Shown: positions 22,133 to 33,959 of the stretch, one piece after another | How positions within the stretch are numbered: position 1 is the first letter of the stretch | Layout of the letters: each line of letters begins with the position of its first letter | Assembly: GCA_963814325.1 (NCBI GenBank) | Contig: CAWFCK010000016.1 | Span: forward strand, 99,190 to 163,189 | Reading direction: 5' to 3' | DNA: 64,000 bases | Source of the DNA: an uncultured Flavobacteriales bacterium | GTDB taxonomy: Bacteria; Bacteroidota; Bacteroidia; Flavobacteriales_F; PHOS-HE28 | Notes under the pieces: generated by a model | What the model was told of the DNA's origin: nothing | Databases searched by the model: none | What the model saw: only the letters and a program-made list of their open reading frames with translations | Made by a program: the position numbers and the translations under genes

Positions 22133-22849
22133 GTGGCCAAACCGCAGATTCCAGCACATGTAAAAGAAATGGGAAAAGGAAAGATCGCCCGCTTTGCCGA
22201 GAACGCCACCTTCGATCACGTGGTGCAGCCCAGCTTCCAGGAGCTGATGGCCACGGGTTTTCCGCTGAAAGGGAAGTGGAACAGCGACTTCTTCAAGCGC
22301 GAAGCGCCACTCGTGTTGGAGCTTGGTTGCGGCAAGGGCGAATACACCACAGGCCTCGCCGAGCTTTATCCTCAGCGCAACTATGTGGGCGTGGACATCA
22401 AGGGCGCGCGGATCTGGCGCGGGGCGCGGACAGCAAAGGAGAAGGGCTTGAACAATGTGGGCTTCCTTCGGACGCACGTCGATCATCTGCTCAAGGTCTT
22501 TGGCCCGCAGGAGGTCAGTGAGATCTGGCTCACCTTCAGCGATCCGCAGATCGGCAAGGACCGCAAGAAGCTCACCTCGCCGCTCTTCCAGGCGCGATAC
22601 AAGGAAGTGTTGAAGCCCGGCGGCATCATCAACCTGAAGACCGATAGTGTGGAGCTTTACACCTACACCATGGAGCAGATCGCCGAGCACAAGCTGCCGC
22701 TCTTCGAACACAGCGACGATGTGTATGGCGAACTGGTGCCCCGCTCCTCACCGGAGGTTCAGATGGTGATGAACATCCGCACCTTTTACGAGCAGATGTG
22801 GCTGGGGGAGGGGAAGCGGATCCACTATTGCCGGTTCGGGTTGGGATAG
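22133..22849 (+). CDS. trmB: tRNA (guanine46-N7)-methyltransferase
   Basis: VLELGCGKGEYT, VGVDIKGARIW, WLTFSDPQ. Length 238 aa. Confidence 0.85.
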   Translation: MAKPQIPAHVKEMGKGKIARFAENATFDHVVQPSFQELMATGFPLKGKWNSDFFKREAPLVLELGCGKGEYTTGLAELYPQRNYVGVDIKGARIWRGARTAKEKGLNNVGFLRTHVDHLLKVFGPQEVSEIWLTFSDPQIGKDRKKLTSPLFQARYKEVLKPGGIINLKTDSVELYTYTMEQIAEHKLPLFEHSDDVYGELVPRSSPEVQMVMNIRTFYEQMWLGEGKRIHYCRFGLG

Positions 22850-23082
22850 GGGGTGTGATCATTGCCCTCTTGGTTGTGGATCAGCCCGGGTATGAAGCCT
22901 GCTCAACTCCCACCCAGCCTGGCTTTCCGCCGCCCGCCACCCCCACAGCCCCCTATTTCCGGGGCGGGGCTTGCACCGATCGAAGATCCCCCTACCTTCG
23001 CCCCGCTCCGAGCGGCCGGTTCTTTGGCGAGAGTCCATGCAAGGAGCACCAACCTAAACAACTCACTCAGTCAGTCGAACTC

Positions 23083-23511
23083 ATGAACATTTACGTCGCC
23101 AACATCGCGTACAGCGCGAAGGACCAGGATCTCCGCGAACTTTTCGAAGCTTTCGGTGAAGTGACCTCGGCCAAGATCATCATGGACAAAGCCACCAACC
23201 GTAGCCGCGGCTTCGGGTTTGTGGAAATGGCCGACGATACCGCTGGCAAGGCGGCGATCGAGGGCACCAACGGCAAGGCCTTCCACGGTCGTGACCTGGT
23301 GGTGAACGAGGCTCGTCCCCGTACCGAAGGCGGTCCCGGTGGCGATCGCGGCGGCTTCCGCAGCGGCGGTGGCGGCGGTGGAGATCGTGGCGGTTACCGC
23401 GGAGGCGGTGGCGGCGGCGGAGATCGCGGTGGATACGGCGGCGGTGGTGGCGGTGGCCGCGACCGTGGCGATCGCGGTGGTGGCGGTGGATACCGTCGCG
23501 ACGAGTACTAA
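23083..23511 (+). CDS. Glycine-rich RNA-binding protein (single RRM plus RGG/GGY tail)
   Basis: MNIYVANIAYSAKDQDLRELFEAFGEV (RNP2) and RGFGFVEM (RNP1), followed by GG(D)RGGYRGGGGGG repeats. The upstream part of ORF 22798 is non-coding leader. Confidence 0.85.
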   Translation: MNIYVANIAYSAKDQDLRELFEAFGEVTSAKIIMDKATNRSRGFGFVEMADDTAGKAAIEGTNGKAFHGRDLVVNEARPRTEGGPGGDRGGFRSGGGGGGDRGGYRGGGGGGGDRGGYGGGGGGGRDRGDRGGGGGYRRDEY

Positions 23512-23527
23512 GCTCAAGCAACATCCC

Positions 23528-23559
23528 AAAAGCCCTCGGCACATCGCCGGGGGCTTTTT
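23528..23559 (+). terminator. Rho-independent terminator after the RRM gene (AAAAGCCCTCGGC-acatc-GCCGGGGGCTTTTT)
   Basis: GC-rich imperfect stem followed by T5, 17 nt after the stop. Confidence 0.6.
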
Positions 23560-23622
23560 CGTTCCACCACTTCAAGCACTTCAACATCGTCGGCTTCGCC
23601 TTCCAGTAGCTTCGCACCCTCC

Positions 23623-26148
23623 ATGATCCAAGGCTTCCGAGGTTTCGTTCTGGTGCTGCTTGTCCTCGCTGCACTTCATGCCAGCGCCCAGCGCCCCGGC
23701 GGTCCCGGCGGCGGGGCCAGCGCCCGGCCATCGCGCGTGTATACGGTCGCGTGCTCGATGCCACCACGCGCAAAGGGGTCGAGTTCGCCACGGTGAGCCT
23801 GCATTCCAGCGCGCAACGATAGCGTGGTAGGTGGTGCGTTGGCCGCCGCCAATGGCGACTTCAGCGTGGAGAAGCTGCCCATGGGCCCCTTCCACCTGCG
23901 CATCGCCTTCCTGGGATACAAGACATTCGAGCAGGATGTGATGATCACCCCCGATCGCATCGAACAGGACCTCGGCAACCTGCTGCTGCAGCCCGAGGCT
24001 GTGTTGCTCAAGGAAGCCGAAGTATCCGCAGAGCGTGCGCAGAGCACCTTGCAGGTGGACCGCCGCGTGTACAACGTGGAGAAGGACCTGGCCGTGCGTG
24101 GTGGCACCGGTGTGGACGTGATGAAGAACGTGCCCGGCCTCACCGTGGATGCCGATGACAACGTGCAACTGCGCAACAACACGCCCCAGATCTTCATCGA
24201 CGGCAGGCCCACAGTCCTAACACTGGAGCAGATCCCCGCGGACGAGATCGAACGCGTGGAGGTGATCACCAACCCCGGCGCGGCCTTCGACGCCAGCAGC
24301 AGCGGCGGCATCATCAACGTGGTGCTGAAGAAGAGCACACGGCCCGGCTACAACGGGCAGGTGCAGGTGGGCGCGGGCACCAACGGCCGATACCAGGGCA
24401 ACGCCAGCATCAATGTGAAGGGCGGTCGCTGGGCGTGGAACCTGAACGGCAACAGCAACTTCAGCGACAACACCACGCGCACCTCATTGCTGCGCGATGT
24501 GTTCATCCCCGAAGGGGTGGCATCCTATTTCCGCCAGAGCGGCGAGTCGGGCAGTGAGCGCAACAACTACGGTGGTCGCCTGGGTGTGGAATACAAGGTG
24601 AGCAACCGCAGCACAGCCAGCCTCAGCGGCAACGTGCGCGGCCGGTCATACAGGAATGATGAGCTGCTCACCTTCACCGAGCGGGATGGAGCGAATGCCG
24701 TGGTGGGAAGCGGCGACCAACGGAATTTGGGCGAGAACAGTGGTGGCGAGAGCAGCCTGCAGGCCGGCTTCAAGCACAAGACACCGAAGGAGGGTCGCGA
24801 GTGGACCACGGACCTCACCTACAACCTGTCGCGCCGCGAGAGCGATCAGGTCTTTGCGACGAAAACGCTCGACGGTTCGGGAAGCCCGGTCGTTGGCGGC
24901 ACACGCGATCAATTGAGCAAGGGCACCACGGACTCGGACCAGTTCACCTGGCAGTTCGATATGACCGACCCGCGCAACGAGAAGACCAAGCTGGAATACG
25001 GCCTGCGCAGCAACGTGCGCCTGGAGCGCAGCATCCTGAACGTAACGGTGGACAGCGACACGAGCGAGGCCATGGCCGACCCAACGCTCAGCAACGACTT
25101 TCGCATCGACGATATCGTGAACGCGGCATACATCAACCTTACGCGCAAGCTCAGCGAAAACTGGGGTGTGCAGGCAGGTCTACGGGCGGAGCAGACCCGC
25201 TTCGATGTGGACATCCGCGATGTGTCCGATGCCTCCATTCGACGTCAGCAGTTCTCCTACAGGTATCCCGATGGAACGAAGGACCTGGCGAAGGCGCTCT
25301 TCCCCTCGCTGTACTTCAGCCGCAAATGGGAAGGCACGCGGGAGTTGCAGTTCAACTTCTCGCGCAAGATCCGTCGCCCCAACTTCTTCCAGGTGATGCC
25401 CTTCATCATGTTCGCCGACTCACGCAACCAGCGCATCGGCAACCCGGCCCTGGCACCCGAGTTCATCACGCTCGCCGAGGCGAACCACCTGCTGCCCTTC
25501 AAGAAGAACCCGCGCAACAACTGGCTCAGTTCCATCTTCGCGCGCTACACCGAGAACGTGATCACCGGTTTCGCGTATCCGTTGGCGGAGGACGATCGCA
25601 TCCTGGTGAACACCTTCGTGAACGGCAACCCCAGCTGGACCTACGGCTGGGAGAACACGGTGCGTCTGGAGCCCGTGAAGAACGCGCAGCTCACGCTGGG
25701 TGGCACGTTGCAGTATGTTGAAGTGGGTGTTGGCACGGGTGCTGCGGCCATCAAGAACAACGGTTGGCAGGTGAACGGCAAGGTCAACTTCAACATGAAG
25801 CTGCCGAAGGATTGGAGCGTTCAGGTGAACGGCGAATATGAAGGCCGAAGGCCGCAGCCCCAGGGCTACGCGATCCCGAACTGGGGCATCGACCTGAGCA
25901 CGGGCAAGGACTTCGGCAAGCACTGGAGCGCACAGGTGATGGTGAACGATGTGTTCTTCACGCGTTTGTGGGGCACCGTGCTGGATACGCCCACGTTGTA
26001 CCAGGAGACAGAGCGTCGCCGCGAGATGCGCTTCGTGCGTGCCACGCTCACGTGGAAGTTCGGTGAGCAGGACGTGTCGTTGTTCCGCCGCAAGCAGACG
26101 AAGGAGCGACGCGATCCGGGCGCCGGTTCCGGTGAAGGCGATTTCTGA
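23623..26148 (+). CDS. TonB-dependent receptor-like outer-membrane beta-barrel protein with N-terminal carboxypeptidase-regulatory-like domain. Frameshifts near 23700 and 23810
   Basis: MIQGFRGFVLVLLVLAALHASAQ signal. RVYGRVLDATTRKGVEFATVSLHS... (another frame). Plug/barrel features downstream, ending ...RFVRATLTWKF plus a short tail. Confidence 0.75.
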
Positions 26149-26168
26149 GCTGGATCACCACTGAACGC

Positions 26169-26203
26169 AAAAAGGCCCGGATCAGCGATGATCCGGGCCT
26201 TTG
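26169..26203. terminator. Bidirectional rho-independent terminator: AAAAA-GGCCCGGATCA-gcga-TGATCCGGGCC-TTTGC
   Basis: Perfect 11-bp stem flanked by an A-run and a T-run, between convergent genes (TonB-dependent receptor ends at 26148, T9SS protein ends at 26217). Confidence 0.7.
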
Positions 26204-26216
26204 CATTCAGTAGCGC

Positions 26217-29200
26217 TCAGCGTTGTGCGTGAACGAAACGGGCCATGGCGGCGTGTTCACCGTCAACGATCCGCAGCATCCAGGCGCCGGCAGCGATGGA
26301 TCGCACATCCAGTTGCAAGGTGCTACCGGAGAAGGTCATGGCGACGGAAGCGGAGCGGCCAAGTCCATCGATCAGTTCGATCCGCGCGCGTTGGCTTGGT
26401 ACAAAGGGAAGGGTAACGTTCACCACATCCAAGGCCGGGTTGGGCCAGAGTGAGAGAGCGCTGTTGCTAACGAGATCCGCTGCGGAGGTTAAGTTGCCAG
26501 AGCTCTCGTTTGTGGTCCACTTCTCCGGGGTGATGTCTGTAATTTCAGGGCATTCGATCACATCGATCACGAGCTGGGTGGTGTCCGTTGGGCAATCGAG
26601 GCCGTCCTGCACGGTGTACACATAGATGCCGCTCATATCGGTCGTAGGGTCGAAGGTTCCGCCGAAGGCCATGCCATCCGGACCGGTCCAACTACCGCCA
26701 AGATCCGGTGTACCGGTCAGCTGGCTGAACAGGTCCACTGGTCCCTGGTTGAAGCAGAGCAGTCGATCGCCACCGATCCCGGCGTCTGAGGAGCATGGAG
26801 GAGCGCACTCGATGATCGTGAACTGCGCACCCACCACGTCGAGGCTGGCGCAGATGGTCCCACCACCCTGGATCAACAAAGCATTGATGTCGAAGCCGGT
26901 GGTCACATCGAACTGCACACCAGACAGGTCGAGCGTATTGGGGTCGTATATCAGTGTGTGGATCGTGTATTCACCAGTAAGCGGCCACTCGAAACTGGGG
27001 TCAGGCTCGATGTTCTGGATGAACAGCTCGGCTCCGCGGGTGAGGACGTACGCCACAACGTAGCCGGCAGGGACAACCGCATCGCCATTGGGTGTAGCAC
27101 TGATCAAGGCGGTACCGTTCACCAGGCATACGGCATCCGTTTGGTCCGCGGTCAAGGTGCCAGCGAATACCGAGCAAACCGGCGTGCAATCCGCCACTTG
27201 GAACTCGGCGCCCGCTACATCGAGGCCGGCGCAGATGGTGCCACCCCCTTGGATCAGCAAGGCGTTCACATCAAAGCCCGTGGTCTCCCCGAACACAACG
27301 ATGCCAAGGTCCAGCGTTGCCGGATCATACACCAGCGTATGGATGGTGAATTGCCCGGCCGATGTTACCGTGAACGAGGGCGAAGTGGAGACCTGTTGGA
27401 TCACAAGGTCGGCACCTTCGGTAAGCACGTAGATGACGGAATAGCCAGCGGGAATGGTCTGGTCACCGTTGGGAAGAGCTTGCAAGGAAGCCTCGCCTTC
27501 GGTCAGGCACAGGTCTGCAGCACTGGCAGCAATGGTCCCGGCATCGGCCGAGCACACCGGCGTGCAATCCGCCACTTGGAACTCGGCGCCCGCTACATCG
27601 AGGCCGGCGCAGATGGTGCCACCCCCTTGGATCAGCAGGGCGTTCACATCAAAGCCCGTGGTCTCCCCGAACACAACGATGCCAAGGTCCAGCGTTGCCG
27701 GATCATACACCAGCGTATGGATGGTGAATTGCCCGGCCGTTGTTACCGTGAACGAAGGCGAACTGGAGGCCTGTTGGATCAACAAGGTCGGCACCTTCGG
27801 TAAGTACGTAGATGACGGAATAGCCTGCGGGTACGGTCTGGTCTCCATTCAGTTCAGCCTCGAGTAACGCCTCACCTTCGACCAGGCAAAGGTCTGGACC
27901 TTGCGCAGCGATGGTTCCAGCATTCGCGGTGCACACCGGCGTACAATCCGCCACCTGGAATTCAGCCCCGGCCACATCGAGCGCGGCGCAGATCGTGCCG
28001 CCACCTTGAATGAGCAGGGCGTTCACATCGAAGCCTGTGGTCTCCCCGAACACCACCGACCCAAGGTCCAGCGTAGCCGGATCATAGACCAGCGTATGGA
28101 TCGTGTACAGGCCCGGCGATGTCCACACTGAAGGAAGGGGTAGCCGAAACCTGCTCAATGATGAGCCCCGCACCTCGGGTGAGCACGAAGAGCACCGAAT
28201 AACCAGCGGGCACCGTGCTGTTTCCTCCGGCTGTGGCCGTAACTAACGCAGACCCGTCCACCAGGCATTGATCAGGTTGGTCGGCACTGAGGCTGCCTGC
28301 ATCCGCCGTACACAGGTTTTCACATTCCTGCACCTTGAAGGGCGCACCGCTCACATCGAGGCTGGCGCAGATGCTTCCGCCACCGGCGATCAGCAGCGGG
28401 AAGATGTCATACGCACTCGTCTCGCCGAACTGCACCACGGACAGGTCGAGCGTGGCGGGATCATACACCAGCGTATGGATGCGGTGAATGTCCAGCGAGT
28501 TCACCGTGAAGGTGGGCGTGGTGCTCACGGCCTGGATGATGAGGCCGTTGGTCTGTGTGAGCACATAGAGCAGGTTGTATCCCGCGGGCACCACGGCGTT
28601 GCCATCGGGCGTTGCCGTCACGGTGGCTTCGCCATTCACCAGGCATCCGGCATCGAACTCGATGGAGATCGTGCCGGCGTTAGCCAAGCAAGGCGGAGGG
28701 CAATCCTGCACCTTGAAGGGCGCACCGCTCACATCGAGGCTGGCGCAGATGCTTCCGCCACCGGCGATCAGCAGCGGGAAGATGTCATACGCGCTCGTCT
28801 CGCCGAACTGCACCACGGACAGGTCGAGCGTGGCGGTGATCATACACCAGCGTATGGATGCGGTGAATGTCCAGCGAGTTCACCGTGAAGGTGGGCGTGG
28901 TGCTCACGGCCTGAATGATGAGTCCGTTGGTCTGCGTAAGCACGTAGATCAGGTTGAACCCGGCGGGCACCACGGCGTTGCCATCGGGCGTTGCCGTCAC
29001 GGTGGCTTCGCCATTCACCAGGCATCCGGCATCGAACTCGATGGAGATCGTACCGGCGTTAGCCAAGCAAGGCGGAGGGCAATCCTGCACCTTGAAGGGC
29101 GCACCGCTCACATCGAGGCTGGCGCAGATGCTTCCGCCACCGGCGATCAGCAGCGGGAAGATGTCATACGCACTCGTCTCGCCGAACTGCACCACGGACA

Positions 29201-29542
29201 GGTCGAGCGTGGCGGATCATACACCAGCGTATGGATGCGGTGAATATCCAGCGAGTTCACCGTGAAGGTGGGCGTGGTGCTCACGGCCTGGATGATGAGT
29301 CCGTTGGTCTGCGTAAGCACGTAGATCAGGTTGAACCCGGCGGGCACCACCGCGTTGCCGCTGGGCGAGGCCGTCACCGTGGCCGATCCGTTAACGAGGC
29401 AGCCTGCATCGAATTCAATGGAGATCGTTCCAGCGTTGGCAAGGCATTGGGATCCGCCTTGCGCGTAGGAAGTTCCGAAGATGAACAGTAGCAGGGAGAG
29501 GAAGGATAGTCGTTGAACGAGCGTGTATAGTGTGCTGGCCAT
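26217..29542 (-). CDS. Large tandem-repeat secreted protein with T9SS type-A C-terminal sorting domain. At least 4 frame disruptions (about 27800-27850, 28082-28173, 28785-28843, 29147-29195)
   Basis: N-terminal signal MASTLYTLVQRLSFLSLLLFIFGTSYAQ at 29542. About 125-aa repeats (TLVYDPATLDLSVVQFGETSAYDIFPLLIAGGGSICASLDVSGAPFKVQDC...TIHT). One module near the C-terminus (LCFNQGPVDLFSQLTGTPDLGGSWTGPDG.AFGGTFDP...YVYTV...CP.D) is the same type as the adhesin repeats at 1-5250. The C-terminal sorting domain ends ...LQLDVRSIAAGAWMLRIVDGEH. Confidence 0.7.
26900..29450 (-). repeat. Tandem repeats of about 372-379 bp (two subfamilies) inside the T9SS protein gene
   Basis: Identical small ORFs at 28461-28646 and 28840-29025 (379 bp apart). 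TLVYDPATLDL recurs at about 28130, 28500, 28880 and 29230. Copies differ by 1-2 nt at ggcgg(g/tg)atcat. Confidence 0.7.
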
Positions 29543-29747
29543 GGGTCGGGAGTTGGGAGCCTGAAGGTAAAAGCCTCGTTCGATCTTCCTGACCCACTAT
29601 GCGCAATTGTTGATAAGTCACCTTGGCGGGTTACTACTTCAGGTTGGCACACGGACCTGCGTCCACACGTGCTGAAGAGTGTAATGGATCGTTAAGGAAG
29701 GGCGGGGTGCTGGTCGGGAGCCTGTATCATTGCCGTGAAGCAGCAGC

Positions 29748-31070
29748 ATGCGTCGGCGTACTCTGGGCACCCTTTTTCTGTTGGCCATCCTCAGCGTGAT
29801 CGCGGTGGTGCTCACCCAGTATTTCTGGTTGAAACGGGCGCAACGGTACCAGTTGGAGCAGGTGGAGCTGCAGAAGCAGCAGCAGAGCCAGTTGGACAAG
29901 CAGTTCAACGACCGGGTGAAGAGCGCATTGGCGGACGTGACCCAGCGGATCCTCTCGATCAACAAGGACCCCAGCGACCTGTTCGATGCGGTGAACCAGG
30001 AGCGGCCGAACTACTTCGCCGTTACCATGAACGACACCATCCATCCATACCTGCTGGAATCGCTCCTGCGGCAGGAGTTCAAACGGCGCAACATCGAGGA
30101 TGACTTCGAGTACGGGATCTACGACTGCTTCACCGACAGCATCGTCTACGGCAACTACGTCAGCCTGAAGGACAGCACGGTGAGCGATACCGCTGCGCAC
30201 AGCGATCTGCTGAAGCTGGACAAGGATGGACACTACTTCGGGGTGTATTTCCCCCGCCGTGCAAGTGCCGTTTGGGAACCCGTGGTGGGGGGAAGATGAC
30301 CTGGATACTATCCCGCCATCGTCACGCTCATCGTACTGGCCTTCTTCGGCTACAGCCTGTGGATCATCGCCCGACAGAAGCGACTGGAGGAGATGAAGAA
30401 CGACTTCATCGGGAACATGACGCACGAGTTGAAGACACCGATCAGCACGATCGCGCTCAGCAGCGAGGTGCTCTCGGACCCAGCGATCATCCACGAACCC
30501 GAGCGCCTGGCCGGTTACGCGCGCATCATCCGCGCCGAGAACGAGCGCTTGCGGGTGCAGGTGGAACGGGTGCTGCAGCTCAGCTCGCTGGAGAGCGGTG
30601 AACTGCACTTGAAACGCGAGTCCGTGGACATGCACAAAGTGCTTCGGGAAGTGAGCGCCTCCTTCGCGTTGCAACTGAATGAGCGGAAGGGCATCCTTAC
30701 GATCGAGTCACTTGCCTCCAAAGCGGTTATCGTGGGCGATGCGCTGCACCTCACGAACCTCCTGTTCAACCTGGTGGACAATGCAGTGAAGTACAGCACT
30801 GACACGCCAACCGTCCGGATCACAACACAGAACACCAACGGCAAGCTCCGGATCGCCGTGCAGGACAATGGCATCGGTATCCCACGAGAGGACATCAAGC
30901 ACATCTTCGAGCGCTTTTATCGCGTGCATACGGGCAACGTGCACAATGTGAAAGGCTTCGGCCTCGGGCTGCATTACGTACAACAGATCGCCGAGGCACA
31001 CGGGGGACATGTGTCCGTGCAGAGCGAAGTGGGGAAGGGAAGCACGTTCACCTTGGAATTGCCTGTATGA
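29748..31070 (+). CDS. Sensor histidine kinase (periplasmic sensor region, TM helix, HisKA, HATPase_c). Frameshift in a G7 run near 30285
   Basis: ORF 29748-30299 has signal/TM MRRRTLGTLFLLAILSVIAVVL. ORF 30393-31070 has H-box FIGNMTHELKTPIS and the N and G boxes. The in-frame extension upstream of 30393 gives the TM helix YYPAIVTLIVLAFFGYSLWII. Confidence 0.75.
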
Positions 31071-31169
31071 CCATGCGCCAAGCCGGATGGATCACTCGAA
31101 CAACCTGGTTAAGCCAGTGGCCTGTAGCCTGCGGCCTGAAGCCGAACACACACCTGCGGTAACGTCACC

Positions 31170-31868
31170 ATGAGCGACAACAAAGCGAACATCCTCCTCG
31201 TCGAGGACGACCAGAACCTGGGCTTCGTAGTGCAGGATGCCTTGAAGCGCAAGGGGTATACCGTGCACCTCTGCCGCGATGGAAAGGAGGGGCTGAAGTA
31301 CTTCAACGAACATGCGTATGACCTCTGCGTGCTCGATGTGATGCTGCCGCAGAAGGACGGCTTCAGCCTGGCCGAGGACATCCGCCTGGTGAACCAGCGC
31401 ATTCCCATCGTGTTCCTTACGGCGAAGAGCCAGACCGAGGACCGGATCGCCGGCTTCAAGGCCGGTGGCGACGACTACCTCACAAAGCCTTTCAGCCACG
31501 AGGAATTGTTGCTGCGCATCGAGGCCATCCTGCGGCGCACGTTCGACAAGGAAGAGAACCCGAAGTCACGCGATGTGTTCCAGATCGCGAGCTACACCTT
31601 TGATCATCGGAACCTTGAATTGAAGCACCCGGATGAAACGCGCAAGCTCACCAAGAAGGAGGCCGACGTGCTCCGCCTGTTGTGCATGCACCGCGACCAG
31701 GTGCTTCCCCGCGAGCTCGTGCTGAACATGGTGTGGGGTGATGATACCTACTTCCTGGGCCGCAGCCTCGATGTCTTCATCAGCCGACTGCGCAAGTACC
31801 TGCGCCATGATGCGCGTGTGCACATCAACAATGTACATGGTGTGGGCTTCCGCTTCCAAGTGGATTGA
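31170..31868 (+). CDS. Response regulator, OmpR/PhoB family (REC plus winged helix)
   Basis: ILLVEDDQNLG...DLCVLDVMLP..., C-terminal trans_reg_C-like region. Directly downstream of the kinase, so a cognate pair. Confidence 0.85.
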   Translation: MSDNKANILLVEDDQNLGFVVQDALKRKGYTVHLCRDGKEGLKYFNEHAYDLCVLDVMLPQKDGFSLAEDIRLVNQRIPIVFLTAKSQTEDRIAGFKAGGDDYLTKPFSHEELLLRIEAILRRTFDKEENPKSRDVFQIASYTFDHRNLELKHPDETRKLTKKEADVLRLLCMHRDQVLPRELVLNMVWGDDTYFLGRSLDVFISRLRKYLRHDARVHINNVHGVGFRFQVD

Positions 31869-32018
31869 CCGTCCGCGCTGCTGATCACCAGCATTCCGTG
31901 TAGGTAGTTCCAGCATGGGAATGACGTGGAATATCATGCCGATCGGGTATTGTGATGGCCCTGCGCATACGGCCACCTTCGATGTGCAATTCGGCAATTG
32001 AACTGATCCCGATAAGCC

Positions 32019-32666
32019 ATGAGAACCCTGATCACCTTCGCAGCGAGCATCGCGACCTTGGCCTTGCTAACCGCCTGCACGAAAGAGCGACTGGAACCGA
32101 TGACCGCGGTCCCGGAGGCTCGAACCCAGATCAATGCGGCCACAAAGCCATTATTGTATGCGGGCGATAAACATGCCCAGAACGACCGGATCATCACTGG
32201 CGCAACGGTCGTTGATCGCAATGCAGCACGGGTCGCGGGATCGCATGTGTATGATATCACCTTGGCCCCGTTGACCGATCGCACAACGGCAAGTGCTGTC
32301 AGTTCGCATGTGCACGACATCACGTTCCTCGATGGTGATCGGACGAATGGGAACGGAACTGGCTTGGCACCGGCCCAGGAAGCCCAGAATGCCGGTGTCT
32401 GCTCGTACTGCTGGCAGACCGGCTTGGCAGCCTACCCCGAGCAAATGCCCGCAAGGCTGCTGGAAAGTGATGATCCGGTGGATCCTGCACCCCGGGTACA
32501 TATCTCCGGGGAGTTCTTCCCGCCGCATGCCAACACACCTACCACGGTGATCGGACAGGTGGGGCGAGAGGTCCCTGATGATGAGACACTTATCAGGCAC
32601 ACGACCACGGTGAAAGGTGAGGTGGTCGGAGTTTCGATCAGCGATGATGGCAGCGAGGATGAATGA
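32019..32666 (+). CDS. Hypothetical lipoprotein with internal SHV(Y/H)DIT repeats
   Basis: MRTLITFAASIATLALLTAC lipobox. No recognised domain. Confidence 0.45.
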   Translation: MRTLITFAASIATLALLTACTKERLEPMTAVPEARTQINAATKPLLYAGDKHAQNDRIITGATVVDRNAARVAGSHVYDITLAPLTDRTTASAVSSHVHDITFLDGDRTNGNGTGLAPAQEAQNAGVCSYCWQTGLAAYPEQMPARLLESDDPVDPAPRVHISGEFFPPHANTPTTVIGQVGREVPDDETLIRHTTTVKGEVVGVSISDDGSEDE

Positions 32667-32864
32667 CCGCATCACACAGAGATCATGATAAGCGAACCAC
32701 CACAGCACCAAAGGCAGGACCGGTTGGATGAATTCCGCCGGGCTTGCCTTTTACAGTAACTTCAGGCAGGTACAAAATCCCCCCATATGGGTATTGTTGA
32801 GGCCTGCTTGTCCTATCTTCCTTCGTACCGCAGCCCGAGTTATATCCCCCAACCCCCCGGAGCT

Positions 32865-33785
32865 ATGAAACTTACCTACTACGCTATCGCCACCAGCTTC
32901 CTGCTCGGTGCGCTTACCGCCCAAGCGGAACAGGCTGTTCTTCATATCGACGGCCGGTTCAAGGTTCAACGGGGTTCCATGGAACAAGCCAGCGTGAAAA
33001 TGATCCGGGATGGCCGCGAATCCAACGTGTTGACCAATGACATCCGAAAGATCTCCCTGGACCTGGACCTGCAAAGTGTTTACACCCTGTCCTTTTCCTG
33101 CCCTGGCTACCTGAGCAAGTCCCTGCTGTTCGACACCCGGATGACCCCCGAGGCTGCCGCCAACGCCCCCTTCGAGTTCAAGTTCGACGTCACCTTGGAG
33201 GATGTGGTCAACGAAAACCGCTTCGCATACGTGGGGCCGGTGGGTTTCATCCGCTTCCTCAGCGAGCGGGGTGATTTCGGATACGATACCAACTACGCCT
33301 TCACCCACATGAAGAAGAGCCCCGCCACCGTTCAAGGCGATGATACAGAGGCCACATTGGTCGCATCCAAAGGCCGTCGAGAGCGCCATTATGTTCAGCC
33401 CTTCATCGAGCCCACCTTGGCCGAGGACCTGGCAGGTCTGGCCCGCAAGTCCGCTGACCCCCGCCCCGAACAGGAGGCCCAATTCGTGATCAACGGATCG
33501 CAGGACGATGAAATGTGCGAGATCGAAGCCGTGGCCAGCAATGTGGATGGCCTCACCAACATGGCAGCCGCTGCGGCGCGAGAAGCCGAGGCCATGAAGA
33601 CCCGTAAAGGGCTGGACCGGTCCGTGATCCTGGAACAGGAACGGGAGATCGTGATCACCCGCTTCAGTTCAGGCGGAAAGTTCAACGAACTGCGGGAGAT
33701 CAAGCATACCGATGGCACCATCATGCATTTCTGCAACGCCAGCAGTTGCAGCTTGAAGGAATACACTGAGTTGATGACCAAATAA
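32865..33785 (+). CDS. Hypothetical secreted protein
   Basis: Signal peptide MKLTYYAIATSFLLGALTAQA. No recognised domain. Confidence 0.45.
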   Translation: MKLTYYAIATSFLLGALTAQAEQAVLHIDGRFKVQRGSMEQASVKMIRDGRESNVLTNDIRKISLDLDLQSVYTLSFSCPGYLSKSLLFDTRMTPEAAANAPFEFKFDVTLEDVVNENRFAYVGPVGFIRFLSERGDFGYDTNYAFTHMKKSPATVQGDDTEATLVASKGRRERHYVQPFIEPTLAEDLAGLARKSADPRPEQEAQFVINGSQDDEMCEIEAVASNVDGLTNMAAAAAREAEAMKTRKGLDRSVILEQEREIVITRFSSGGKFNELREIKHTDGTIMHFCNASSCSLKEYTELMTK

Positions 33786-33898
33786 GGTCATGCCGGTAAG
33801 GCATTCCATCACCTGACCACTGGGTGCATGGTAGAAAGGGGAAAGTAGGTTTGGACATAGGTTTGGTCAAAGCGCGCATCTTCATGGGTTTGGGGATG

Positions 33899-33925
33899 CG
33901 CGCGACCGTTCCAGGAGGTCGCGCT
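33899..33925. terminator. Candidate bidirectional stem-loop (GCGCGACC-gttccagga-GGTCGCGC) between convergent genes
   Basis: 8-bp GC stem between the stop at 33785 (plus) and yqeY at 33960 (minus). Confidence 0.35.
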
Positions 33926-33959
33926 GTTTCGAACGTGGTGTGGCGATAACGCCTGAACG

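Noticed and set aside
22798-23082. N-terminal extension of the RRM protein ORF (MAGGGEADPL...)
   Set aside because: The conserved RRM begins at the internal Met at 23083 (MNIYVANI...). The extension is Pro/Gly-rich translated leader.
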